Assembly (NCBI GenBank): GCA_965247095.1
Contig: OZ251997.1
Location: 2,464,001 to 2,528,000, forward strand
Direction of reading: 5' to 3'
DNA from: Candidatus Multivorans sp.
Lineage (GTDB): Bacteria; Acidobacteriota; Thermoanaerobaculia; Multivoradales; Multivoraceae
Length of the DNA: 64,000 nucleotides
Of this stretch, positions 30,099-39,650 are shown piece after piece; position 1 is the stretch's first letter; each line of letters opens with the position of its first letter. Position numbers and translations under genes: made by a program. The notes below the pieces were generated by a model. It was not told the origin of the DNA and searched no databases. It was given only the letters and a program-made list of their open reading frames with translations.

Positions 30099-30127
30099 AA
30101 TGTAGCGTTGGGCGACAGTGTCGTCAA
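30099..30127 (-). promoter_or_regulatory. Leaderless promoter of the relE-HTH pair with operator
   Basis: TTGACG-17-TACATT, 6 nt before GTG; imperfect IR TGTCGC-N5-GCTACA. Confidence 0.7.
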
Positions 30128-30265
30128 GCGCGACACGTATTAGGGACCTGGTCGGACGCCGTCACTGCGCCCGGCGGAGCGGGTCGCCGGGAAACGATGC
30201 GCGGGGCAGGACGGGACCCGTCCTCGCAGGGGCACCTCGTCGACTACAATTCGCGCCAACCAGGG

Positions 30266-31135
30266 ATGACCAGTCAACCGCCAGCGCCGCTCCAGTCGGG
30301 GGACCGCGTTCGCCATCCGAAGCTCGGCCTGGGCCAAGTGATCGAAGTGGGGGGCGGCAACGCGAGGATCTTCTTCGTGGACGCAGGTATCAAGAAGATC
30401 GCGGTCACGAGGTTCCCCCTGACTCCCCTCGCCCCCAGACCGGCCCATTGGCGTCTCGACGGGCTTGACCTGACGGGGTCTTCGCTGGACGCGCCGGACC
30501 GGCCGTACCGCAATGTTCAGCAGTGCATCGAGTACTTCATGAGCGAGTATCCCGATGGGTTTTACGGCGAGAAGTACCTCGCCGGAGAGCGAAACTACAA
30601 GGTGGACACGCATCGGCAAGCGGTCGTGCTGCTCGACCGTGACCGCCTCAATGGCCTTCTCAAGGAAGGCAACTACTCGGAGGTGTGCGAACGCGCCAAG
30701 AGGAGCCTCGCGAACGTGGTCAACTGGCGCGAGTCCGACCTCCTGTGGAAACAGGTTCTCGGCGATGACGCCCGAGAAAAGGCGTTCGCCACAAGATTGC
30801 GAACGCTCCTCTACGGATCGCGGAGTGAAGATGCTGATTTCGAACAGTTCGTTTCGTGGTTGGACAACTTGGGCGCAGCAAAATGGCCTCTCTCGACGTA
30901 CTTTCCGTGGATTCTGTTCCCCGACCGAGAGGTCCTGGTTCAGCCCAACAGTGTCAAGGCCGCCGCCGACGCTTGGCGGCAAGACGTGGGATACAGCCCG
31001 CAAGTGACCTGGGACGGCTATCGACGGATCCGCGACTTCTGCGAGCGCGTCCGCGACGAACTGGCAGAAGTCAAGCCGAGAGACTTCATCGACGTTCAGT
31101 TCTTCATGTGGGTAGTGAGTTGGCAGAAGGGTTGA
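30266..31135 (+). CDS. DUF3553/Tudor-like N-domain protein with uncharacterised C-domain
   Basis: GDRVRHPKLGLGQV N-terminus; ERNYK, KWP..TYF, PRDFIDVQ.F.WV. Confidence 0.65.
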   Translation: MTSQPPAPLQSGDRVRHPKLGLGQVIEVGGGNARIFFVDAGIKKIAVTRFPLTPLAPRPAHWRLDGLDLTGSSLDAPDRPYRNVQQCIEYFMSEYPDGFYGEKYLAGERNYKVDTHRQAVVLLDRDRLNGLLKEGNYSEVCERAKRSLANVVNWRESDLLWKQVLGDDAREKAFATRLRTLLYGSRSEDADFEQFVSWLDNLGAAKWPLSTYFPWILFPDREVLVQPNSVKAAADAWRQDVGYSPQVTWDGYRRIRDFCERVRDELAEVKPRDFIDVQFFMWVVSWQKG

Positions 31136-31166
31136 ATGCCGATCCGGCGATGCCCGCCGCGCGCAC

Positions 31167-31616
31167 CTATTGGCGACCCGCGGTGAACTCCTCGCCCTGG
31201 CCTTTCAGCCACCCCTCAACCCCCACCGCGACCTCCTCCAAGCGCCCTTTAGGGCGCAACGCGCACTCCCAGATGACCCCAACGCGCCAGCCGGCCTCAA
31301 GCAGCGCCGTCCGGTGATTCCGGTCGCGGCGAACATTCGCCGCGAACTTCCGCTCCCAGTACGTCCTGTTGGTCGCCGGCGTCGTTGCGCGCGGACAGCC
31401 GTCGTGGCGATGCCAGAAGCAGCCGTTCACGAAGCAGACCGCTCCGTAACGGGGAAAGACGAGGTCCGGCCGGCCCGGAAGCGCGGAATCGTGGAGCTTG
31501 TACCGCAAGCCGCGGGCGTGGAGCGCGCGCCGGAGAATCAACTCCGGCCCAGTGTTCCGGCTCTGGACTCTCGCCATGATGCGCGAACGAGTCGCGCTGT
31601 CGAAGGTGTCCGGCAC
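31167..31616 (-). CDS. vsr: Very short patch repair endonuclease
   Basis: RS.IMA.V..RNT.PE..LRR.LH..GLRY...LPGRPD.VF...FV.GCFWH.H..C, IWEC. Confidence 0.95.
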   Translation of the reverse strand: MPDTFDSATRSRIMARVQSRNTGPELILRRALHARGLRYKLHDSALPGRPDLVFPRYGAVCFVNGCFWHRHDGCPRATTPATNRTYWERKFAANVRRDRNHRTALLEAGWRVGVIWECALRPKGRLEEVAVGVEGWLKGQGEEFTAGRQ

Positions 31617-31784
31617 TCTCTCCTCGGCCTCAGGCCGAGCCGCAGATATTCGGTGGGAAGCACTGAGGCTACCGCATCGCCACCGGCCGATCCGAGAGCC
31701 ATATCTGCTCCTGTATAGTCGCGGGCGCCACTCACCCGGTCGGATCTCCTGAGGATCCGACCCGCCGCCAGGAGCACCTAAGGC

Positions 31785-33098
31785 TTGTTCGAGACCTCGC
31801 GAGAAAGGTCTGAGAGGACTGCCAGCACCCCTGCGCTCGCGGTTTCGGACTCGGCCTCCCGGCCCGGTGAACAGGACCGGCTGAGCGACGCGCCGACGGC
31901 TGGCCGCTTTGCGGAGTTCTTTGCCGGAATCGGTCTGGTCCGCGAGGCGATAGAGCCGCTTGGCTGGCAGTGCGTCTTCGCCAACGACATCGCGCCGCGC
32001 AAGGAGGAGATGTACCGGCGTCGATTCAGCGGCGAACACTTTCGCTTGGGCGACATCCACGACCTCGGCATCGGCGACCTGCCGCCCGGCTTGGACCTCG
32101 TGACCGCGTCGTTCCCCTGCATCGATCTCTCGCTTGCCGGAAACCGAGCGGGTCTGGCGGGCCGGCACTCGGGGACGATCTGGCCGTTTCTGGAGATCGT
32201 GACGGCCCTGTGCATCCAGCGCACGCCGCCTTCCGCCGTCCTGCTGGAAAACGTGACGGGCTTCCTCACGTCGAGGGGCGGGGCGGATCTCGCCGATGTG
32301 TGCCGTCGTCTGGCCGTTGTCGACTACGTCATCGACGTGCTGCTTGTCGACGCGCGTTGGTTCCGGCCCCAGAGCCGTCCTCGACTGTTCGTGGCGGCGC
32401 GGCAACGCAAGTTGGGAGGTCCGTGGCACCGGTCGGATTCTGAGCCTTCTCGTGTGCGTCCTGCCGCGGTACGCCGGTTCGAGGCAGCTCATCCCGAGCT
32501 GCCCTTCGTCGACCTGCCCTTACCGGCACCGCCGACTGAGGCGCCCAACACTCTCGCTTCCGTACTTGAGGATCTTCCGCTGGATGATGCCCGCTGGTGG
32601 CCCGAGGACCGTACTGCCGCCCTGGTCGCCGAGATGGCGCCGCAGAATCGCAGCCGGGTGGATGAACTGCTGGCCGGAGAGCGTGACGGGGTTGCGACGA
32701 TGTACCGCCGCCGCCGGAACGGCCGCACGGTGGGTGAACTCAGGCCCGACCGCCTTGCGGGTTGCCTCAGAACCCCCCAGGGCGGCAGCAGCGTCCAGTT
32801 CCTGATTGATTGCCGCACCGGAGCCCCTACGATCCGGCCACTGACCGGTCGAGAGTACGCACGCCTGCAGGGCGCGGACTCCTTCCCCATCGAAGTGGGC
32901 GACCGCCAGGCCAGGCTGGGCTTCGGCGACGCCGTGTGCGTGCAGGCTGTCCGGTGGCTGGTGCAGCACGCTTTTGACCCTGAACGTAGCGCGCCGCAGG
33001 ACGCGCCGGCGTCCTCTGGTGAAACGGCGGCGATTCAGTTCCCGTACGCCCCCCCGACAAGCGGCCGCCGTGAGCCGCAACGTCCGCTGTTCACGTAA
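31785..33098 (+). CDS. dcm: DNA (cytosine-5) methyltransferase
   Basis: FFAGIG, SFPC, LLENV, PQSRPR, RPLT.RE.ARLQG; start uncertain. Confidence 0.93.
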   Translation: MFETSRERSERTASTPALAVSDSASRPGEQDRLSDAPTAGRFAEFFAGIGLVREAIEPLGWQCVFANDIAPRKEEMYRRRFSGEHFRLGDIHDLGIGDLPPGLDLVTASFPCIDLSLAGNRAGLAGRHSGTIWPFLEIVTALCIQRTPPSAVLLENVTGFLTSRGGADLADVCRRLAVVDYVIDVLLVDARWFRPQSRPRLFVAARQRKLGGPWHRSDSEPSRVRPAAVRRFEAAHPELPFVDLPLPAPPTEAPNTLASVLEDLPLDDARWWPEDRTAALVAEMAPQNRSRVDELLAGERDGVATMYRRRRNGRTVGELRPDRLAGCLRTPQGGSSVQFLIDCRTGAPTIRPLTGREYARLQGADSFPIEVGDRQARLGFGDAVCVQAVRWLVQHAFDPERSAPQDAPASSGETAAIQFPYAPPTSGRREPQRPLFT

Positions 33099-33111
33099 CT
33101 CGCCCCGCTTG

Positions 33112-33678
33112 ATGCTGCCTGACACGCTCGACGTTCGCGCGGCGCTGATCTACTTCCGCTTACATCTACCGCCCCTATCGGGGGCGTCTTCGCCTCTTCA
33201 GGGACCGAGGCCTGAAGCCGCGGATGGTCATGTCAGAAGATTGGGACGTGTTCACGTGTCCATCCTGCTGAGGCAACAGGGCGTGGCCAGTCGAGAGGGT
33301 CCGGACCTTGGCGACACAGAGGTCAAGTCGGCAGTAGCCGGCGGTTCCTTCGAGTACCAGTACCACCGAAACTCCTGGAAGAAGAAGCTCGAAGCGGACC
33401 GGCGTTCCGGCCACGCCTTCGTCTGGTACGGCGACGACCTGCACTCAATCGAGGTCTGGTACTGCGACGGTGAGCGAATGGGCGGCCACTTCGCCGCTTG
33501 GGAAGCTGAGAAGCCCTACTCGGATCCCGGTCAGCAGCGGTTTCGCAAGCAGGTGAGCGCCGGGTGGGTCCGCGAGCACGCTACGCTGCTGCTGCGTGTG
33601 GTCGCCGGCGAGGCGGAGTACGAGTGGCGCACATCGGAAAGTGTCACCAGTACCTCGCCCCCCGACGCTGTCACATGA
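33112..33678 (+). CDS. Putative type II restriction endonuclease (PD-(D/E)XK), possibly with a scrambled N-terminal segment
   Basis: GPDL...EVKS motif; directly downstream of the C5 MTase. Confidence 0.6.
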   Translation: MLPDTLDVRAALIYFRLHLPPLSGASSPLQGPRPEAADGHVRRLGRVHVSILLRQQGVASREGPDLGDTEVKSAVAGGSFEYQYHRNSWKKKLEADRRSGHAFVWYGDDLHSIEVWYCDGERMGGHFAAWEAEKPYSDPGQQRFRKQVSAGWVREHATLLLRVVAGEAEYEWRTSESVTSTSPPDAVT

Positions 33679-34652
33679 CTAAGGACCGCTGCCCGATCTG
33701 GGGCACACCCGCCACTCACTATCCGCGAGATGGCGATCGACTCAAACTTGATTCCCCGCGAGCCGGCGGCATCTACTCCGTTTCCGGTACTGCGCTGGCG
33801 GCGCTCCCGAACTACGGCCAGCAAGAGCGACTGAGGCTTACGTCCTGGCTGGTGGAACAACGGACGCTCGGCAACGACTGCCCCGTGGTCTCCTCCGTCA
33901 CTCTCGATGACGCGAGCCAGAGAGCGGCATCGCCTGTCGTCGATCGCGCGGACAGGATCCTTAAGTTCCTTGCAAGCAGGACTGACGTCCTCGGAGCCAA
34001 GGTCCGGTTTCGTACCGTATCGAACTATCATCAGCTTGACGATCTAGGCAGAGCCTATCTTGAGCTTCTCGCTCAAGCCGAGTGCGTCGGCGAGAACGAT
34101 CTGGACTTCCTGCTGGACTACTTGGACGAGCGCGGGGCGCTTCGGCGGCGCAAGGCCATCAGCAACCCGGAGCAAGCATGTGCCTTGACGGTGAGTGGCC
34201 ATTCACGTTTGGCCGAACTGCAAAGCCCACAAACCGAATCGACACGAGCCTTTGTGGCCATGTGGTTCGACCGGTCTATGGACAAGGCATGGCAGCTTGG
34301 ATTTCGCGCCGCAGTTCGCGACGCGGGGTACGATCCGGTCCGGATCGATCAGCAAGAGTACGTGAGCAAGATCGACGATGAGATCATTTCAGAGATCCGT
34401 AGGTCCCGTTTCGTAGTCGCAGACTTCACGCACGGCGATGACGGGGCCCGCGGTGGCGTCTACTATGAGGCGGGATTTGCACACGGTCTCCACATTCCTG
34501 TGTTCTTCTGTTGTCGAGAGGACAAGCTCAACTTGGTTCACTTCGACACCCGACAATACAACCATATCGTCTGGAATACACCAGACGAACTCCGAGAGAA
34601 GCTCTTCAACCGAATTGCAGCCGCAGTCGGAAATCGGCCGCTGAAGTCTTGA
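33675..34652 (+). CDS. Protein with C-terminal nucleoside 2-deoxyribosyltransferase/TIR-like domain
   Basis: AFVAMWF, GY.PVRID, IDDEI..EIRRSRFVVADFT, GVYYEAGFA.GL.IPV, FD.RQYN.I.W. Confidence 0.8.
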   Translation: MTKDRCPIWGTPATHYPRDGDRLKLDSPRAGGIYSVSGTALAALPNYGQQERLRLTSWLVEQRTLGNDCPVVSSVTLDDASQRAASPVVDRADRILKFLASRTDVLGAKVRFRTVSNYHQLDDLGRAYLELLAQAECVGENDLDFLLDYLDERGALRRRKAISNPEQACALTVSGHSRLAELQSPQTESTRAFVAMWFDRSMDKAWQLGFRAAVRDAGYDPVRIDQQEYVSKIDDEIISEIRRSRFVVADFTHGDDGARGGVYYEAGFAHGLHIPVFFCCREDKLNLVHFDTRQYNHIVWNTPDELREKLFNRIAAAVGNRPLKS

Positions 34653-34805
34653 ACAGGCACGTTGCGGAGTTCCCGGACTGTGACCGGACGGGCAGCCAGG
34701 ACGTTCCAGCAGCAGCGAAAGGCATGTCCGCCTGATCAACAAGATGGACCCTTGGACCTGCCCTTGTGTGACGGCAGCGTCCAAAGCCCAGCACGTTCTG
34801 GTTCC

Positions 34806-37245
34806 TCACTTCAACCGGTTGACACCGACGGGCTCATCGACTCCATCGACAAGCATCTTGCACTGCCCTCTTGATTGAAAGATAGTAACACGCGGCATGT
34901 AGCTGTACGAGTACTCGTAGTGGTACTCCGATTGTTCCCAGATCTGACCATTCGTCAGCTTGACGACGGTATCGCCTTCCCACCCTTCGAACTCACCGTC
35001 GACTCTGCTCTCGACGTCACACCTCGAAGAGTCGCCCGCAGTTGGTGCGGACGGCAGCCTCTTGTCTGCATCCGCATCTCGACCCGCGGCAAGCATGGCG
35101 TCCACATCCACGAAACCGCGTCCCGCGGTGGGCGGAGCGTGTTCCGTGGGCGACTGCTCACAGTTGAACCTCTGACTGGGGCTGGCGGTGCCGTCCGTAG
35201 AGCGTGAGAAGTCGTAGTAGAGACCGGTGCCGTCAGGCTCAATGAGGAACATGTAGTCATATCTTCCGTCGTCATCGGGACCGAAATCCCAGCGCCGGTT
35301 GAGTCCTTGGACTTCAAACGCTGCCGTATGGGTTGTGCCGGCAACCGACACCTCACCGCCGTTCTCCAGCCGAGTCAGCGTGAGCAATACACTCGTGCGG
35401 TTGAAGTCGGTCGTGTCGAAGCAGCGCCACGGCTCCAATGATGCAATCCGCTCCTTCGCCTTGTCGTCTCCTTTTTCCGCAGCGAGGCGGTACCAACGCA
35501 GGGCCTCGCTGAAATCCGGCTCCACGCCGCGACCATTCTCATAAGTGGAGCCGAGGAGAAACTGCGCTCCGGCGTGTCCTTGTTCGGCAGCTCTGCGAAT
35601 CCATCGGGCAGACTCAGAGTAGTCCTCCTCCACGCCTTGGCCCAATGCGTAATGGAGTCCGAGGCTGTACTGCGCTACAGCATGGCCCTGCTCCGCTGCC
35701 AACCGGTACCACCGCACAGCCTCGGCGTCGTCCTTCTCCACGCCGAGTCCAGAGGCATACCTGCTGCCGAGGCTGTACTGCGCCTCGGCGTTGCCTTGTT
35801 CGGCGGCCTCAGGCGTACTCGGCAGCGTGGGCGTTGGGTCGGTCCGCCGGAGGGCTGCCACTGCGTCGGGATGACCTTGGTCAGCGGCTAGACGAAACCA
35901 GCGGTCGGCCTCAACAGTGTCCTTCGGCACACCTCGCCCGCCAGCGAGCATCACGCCGAGGTTGTACTGGGCTTGCGCGAACCGCTGCTCGGCTGCCAGT
36001 CGAAACAGCCGTGCAGCCTCAGCGTCGTCTTGGGGAACGCCCTGGCCCACCGAGTACATGTGACCGAGATTGATCTGTGCTCCACCGTGGCCTTGTTCGG
36101 CAGCCGGGCGTAGCCACCGGAGAGCCATCACGTCGTCCGTTCCCATGTAGAGAGACCCGAGTTCGGCCATCGCTCCGGCGTGCCCCTGATTCGCCGCTCG
36201 GGTCAACCAAAGTAGAGCCTGCTCCTTCCTCTCGTCGGCATCTACATCGCCGCGCCCTTCGGCGTACGCGACAGCGAGTTCGTACTGCGCCTCCGCATCA
36301 CCGCCTTCCGCAGCGCCCAGGAGTTGATTGAACCGGGCGTCGCCCTGTGTTTCAGACACGCCGCCTACATCCTCCAGCGTCGCATCCAGCTCGGCCAGTT
36401 CATCGAGCGTGTCCCCGAACATCTCAAGTGTCTGGGCGTGGCCCTGTTGGGCTGCACGATAAAGCCACTTCACGGCCTCGCTGCCGTCTTCCGGCACACC
36501 ATCCCCCTCGATGTACAGCATCCCGAGCTTGAACTGGGCGTCCGCGTGGCCTTGTTCGGCCGCCATGCGGAGCCAACGGGCAGCTTCAACGGGGTCCTTC
36601 GGCACACCGCGGCCCTCGTGGTGGTACATCCAAAGCAAGAACTGCGCATCGACGTAGCCTTGTTCGGCAGCGCGCCGGTACCACCGCGCAGTTTCGGCGT
36701 AGTCCTGAGAGACGCCCGCGCCTGCTGTACATGCCGCCCATCTCAAACTGTGCCTCGGCGTCGCCCTGGTCGGCGGCACGGCGAATCCACTTCACGGCTT
36801 CGGCTTCGTCCTGGATCACGCCGTGCCCGTTGTAGTACAGCAACCCGAGGTAGAACTGGGCCTTGGGGTCGTTCTGCCCGATAGCTCGCCGGTACCACTG
36901 CAGCGCTTCCGAGTAGTCCTTTGGCACGCCGTGCCCGACGTAGTACAGCCGCCCGATCATGGCTTGGGCCTCGGCGTGCTCCTGCTCCGCAGCCAATCGA
37001 ATCCACTTCACAGCCTCGCCGGGGTCGGCCTCCATGTATGTAACCCCGAGTTGAAACGCGGAAGCGGCGTGACCGCTCTCTGCCAAAGCCCGTAGTTGTG
37101 CAGCGTCAGACGGCTCCAGCCGGCCCGTGGTGTTGGTCTGGGGGTGAACAGCCGTGCCGAGGGCTAGACACGTGATGAACGCGGCGACGACGCGAGCGGA
37201 ACTTCTCGAAGGTCGGCCGGCGCTCCAGTCAATCTTCTTCGTCAT
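34806..37245 (-). pseudogene. Secreted Sel1-repeat protein (about 13 repeats) with two C-terminal domains; single frameshift near 36724
   Basis: AQ..LG..Y..G.GV..D..EA..W.R.AAEQG repeats continue across ORFs 36586-37329 and 34806-36779. Confidence 0.88.
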
Positions 37246-37264
37246 GGGTCGGAGTTCCGGTGGA

Positions 37265-37650
37265 AGCGGACCGATTTCTTGAGCGACTGAATGATCGACT
37301 TCATTCCTTCGAGGCGAGCGTTGGTACACCCCCGTTCAACCGTGTTCAGCACGCCGTCGAGATGAGCCTCGATCACGCCCGCGACCTCCTTCATCGGCTC
37401 GAGAGGGCCGCAGATGACCCAAGAGTAGCAGGCGCCGAGGCTCTTTCTCGACTCGGGCGCGGCCCCGCACCTCCCACATCCTCATCGCCGTCTCTTGCCG
37501 GCAACACGCCGTCTTCAAGGTCGCATTCACCCCAGGGTCTCGCCGGACGGGCGGCTGGCGTTCACTTCGCCCCGCCAGTTCCATACGACGTCTGTCGGAC
37601 CTGACAGCTCGCTGAGGCTCGTGAAAGGACGTGACGAGCTTGGGCCTGTC
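37265..37650 (-). mobile_element. ISL3-family transposase remnant
   Basis: Minus strand W....LEPMKEVA.VI..HLDGVLN.....TNARLEG..S.IQ.LKK; degraded. Confidence 0.7.
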
Positions 37651-37736
37651 TTGGAGAGATGGGACAGCAGTAGCCTGTAACCGAGAATCACGCCAAACGT
37701 CGCTGGAGCGTCGAGCTCTCCCCGCGCAGTTTCGAT

Positions 37737-38516
37737 TCAAGGAATCAGGCGAACCTCCAAAACAGGATGCCTTCGTGAGCGCTCACCCGGCACGTAGTCT
37801 CCCATTACGAAAACGTGATCTAAGTTCTCCGGGCGCCTCACTTCTGTCTTCTCCAAGTACTCGGCCAAGTGGTCCTGCAGATAGAGTTCGGGCGTGAAGA
37901 TCAGCAGAAAGCTGCTGTGCAGGCGAGAGTCGAGTGCGTTCTCGCCGTGCTTCCGCATCCTCCTCGCCTTCTTAGCTCCGGCCTTCTCGTCCTTTGTCTT
38001 GACGATCTCCACTAGACGCATCTGAAACCGCTCAAGAGGCCACTCGACCGAGCCCTTGTATTTGGCCGGGTCTGCTCTGACATGGCCTTCCCGTTCAGCC
38101 TTCTTGTCTGTATCGAGTTCAGCACCATGCCAGCGAAAGACAAAGGCACCGTTCTGACGTTGCTTCCACTCCAAGATGGTCACTTCGCCATGGGCGGAGG
38201 CGAAGCAGATCTGGTACCTCTTCGGGTACTCCACCAAGTCGGTCACCTCAATGCCGACAAGCTCGCCGTCGATCTCGACCAAGACGTCCGGCGGGTCGTC
38301 GAGATTCGGCCTGATCTCAGAGACCGAGTGCCCGCACTTCTCCATCTCCTTGGCCCAGTCTTGGACTTTTTCTACCTCCGCGAGTTCTTGGTGGCCATGG
38401 ATATTGTCTAAGTAGGGAGAGTGCGGACTGCTCTTCTCCGCGATCCGCAGCATCTCCTCAAGCACTTCAGCATCGACCGAAGTCTCTTCGGGCCGTTCGT
38501 TCTCTCTTTCCGGCAT
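37737..38516 (-). CDS. Hypothetical protein with PD-(D/E)XK-like motif
   Basis: GGAGG RBS; DPPDV.V...G..VGIEVT. Confidence 0.65.
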   Translation of the reverse strand: MPERENERPEETSVDAEVLEEMLRIAEKSSPHSPYLDNIHGHQELAEVEKVQDWAKEMEKCGHSVSEIRPNLDDPPDVLVEIDGELVGIEVTDLVEYPKRYQICFASAHGEVTILEWKQRQNGAFVFRWHGAELDTDKKAEREGHVRADPAKYKGSVEWPLERFQMRLVEIVKTKDEKAGAKKARRMRKHGENALDSRLHSSFLLIFTPELYLQDHLAEYLEKTEVRRPENLDHVFVMGDYVPGERSRRHPVLEVRLIP

Positions 38517-38683
38517 AGTTCCTCCAATAACGGCGGGATCAACCCCGCGCTGGGTGACCAGGTAGCGATGTTCGCTTTCACTGCCCTATGCGTCGCGCAG
38601 CCGAAATCCGTTTACGTACTAGGCTGCCCGGTAGCACCGCCCAGCAGCCCTATGCCGTTGGTGGTTGCAGTCCCTCACCCCCG

Positions 38684-39592
38684 TCAATGAATCACCCCCC
38701 GCAGCCGCGGATCCAGCAGGTCCCGCAGCGCGTCGCCGACGCAGTTGAACGACAGCACGAGCAGGAAGATCGCCACGCCCGGGACGATCGACAGCAGCGG
38801 CTGCTGCTCTAGCATCGGGAAGGCCTGCTGGAGCATGTTGCCCCAGGTCGGGGTGGGCGGCTGGATGCCGACGCCGACGAAGCCGAGGGCGGCTTCGGTT
38901 AGAACGGCGTAGCCCATGCTGAGGGTCGCCTGGACGATCACCGGAGCGATGCAGTTGGGCAGGATATGGCGCAGGATGATGCGCATGTGGCTGAGGCCGA
39001 TGCTCTCGGCGGCCTTGACGAAGTCGCGCTCGCGGATCGATAGCCCCTGGCTGCGGATGATCCTGGCCATCCAGGGCACGTTGGCGATGCCGATGGCGAT
39101 GATCACGGTGCGTAGCGACCCGCCCAGCGCGGCCGCCAGGCCGACGGCGATCAGCAGGCTGGGGAACACGACCAGCGCATCCATGAGGCGCATGAGCACG
39201 TCGTCGACCCGGCCGCGGAAGTAGACGGAGAGCAGGCCGAGGGGTACGCCCAGCAGCACTCCCAGGCCGACCGCGCCGAGGCTGACGGAGAGCGCGATTC
39301 TCGCGCCGACGATCAGCCGCGCCAGCGTGTCGCGGCCCATCTGGTCGGAGCCGAGCAAGTGGACGGCGCTGGGGCCCGAGAGCAGGTTGTCGAAGTCCAT
39401 CTCTTCGGCGTCGACGGGGACGATCCAGGGCGACAGCACGGCCGCGGCTGCAATCAGGGCCAGCACGACCAGCCCGGCGAGCGCCTGCGGCACGGACGCG
39501 AGCTTGCGCAGCAGCTCGACGGTCGGGTGGCTGGCACCGACCGCGGATGCGGGCAGGATGCCCGCGTTCCCAGGGCGGCCGCGGCTAGGCAC
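38684..39592 (-). CDS. Peptide ABC transporter permease (DppC/OppC-like)
   Basis: HLLG.D..GRD..ARL..GARI.L, ARI.RSQ.L..RE..FV.AA...G, EAAL.F.G.G..PP.P.WG. Confidence 0.92.
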   Translation of the reverse strand: MPSRGRPGNAGILPASAVGASHPTVELLRKLASVPQALAGLVVLALIAAAAVLSPWIVPVDAEEMDFDNLLSGPSAVHLLGSDQMGRDTLARLIVGARIALSVSLGAVGLGVLLGVPLGLLSVYFRGRVDDVLMRLMDALVVFPSLLIAVGLAAALGGSLRTVIIAIGIANVPWMARIIRSQGLSIRERDFVKAAESIGLSHMRIILRHILPNCIAPVIVQATLSMGYAVLTEAALGFVGVGIQPPTPTWGNMLQQAFPMLEQQPLLSIVPGVAIFLLVLSFNCVGDALRDLLDPRLRGVIH

Positions 39593-39650
39593 CGACCGCC
39601 AATACGGGCAGGATGCCCGCGTTCCCAGGGCGACCGCGGCTAGTCACCGA
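39541..39650. repeat. Two tandem 55-bp units, each with REP-like hairpin GCGGGCAGGATGCCCGC
   Basis: Units 39541-39595 and 39596-39650 (one mismatch in the second hairpin); same hairpin at 62587-62603. Confidence 0.9.

Noticed and set aside
38550-38680. Possible riboswitch or ncRNA (hairpin plus repeated GCATAGGGC on minus strand)
   Set aside because: No recognisable family consensus; could be a terminator or remnant
39521-39650. CRISPR array
   Set aside because: Only two adjacent units with no unique spacers and no cas genes
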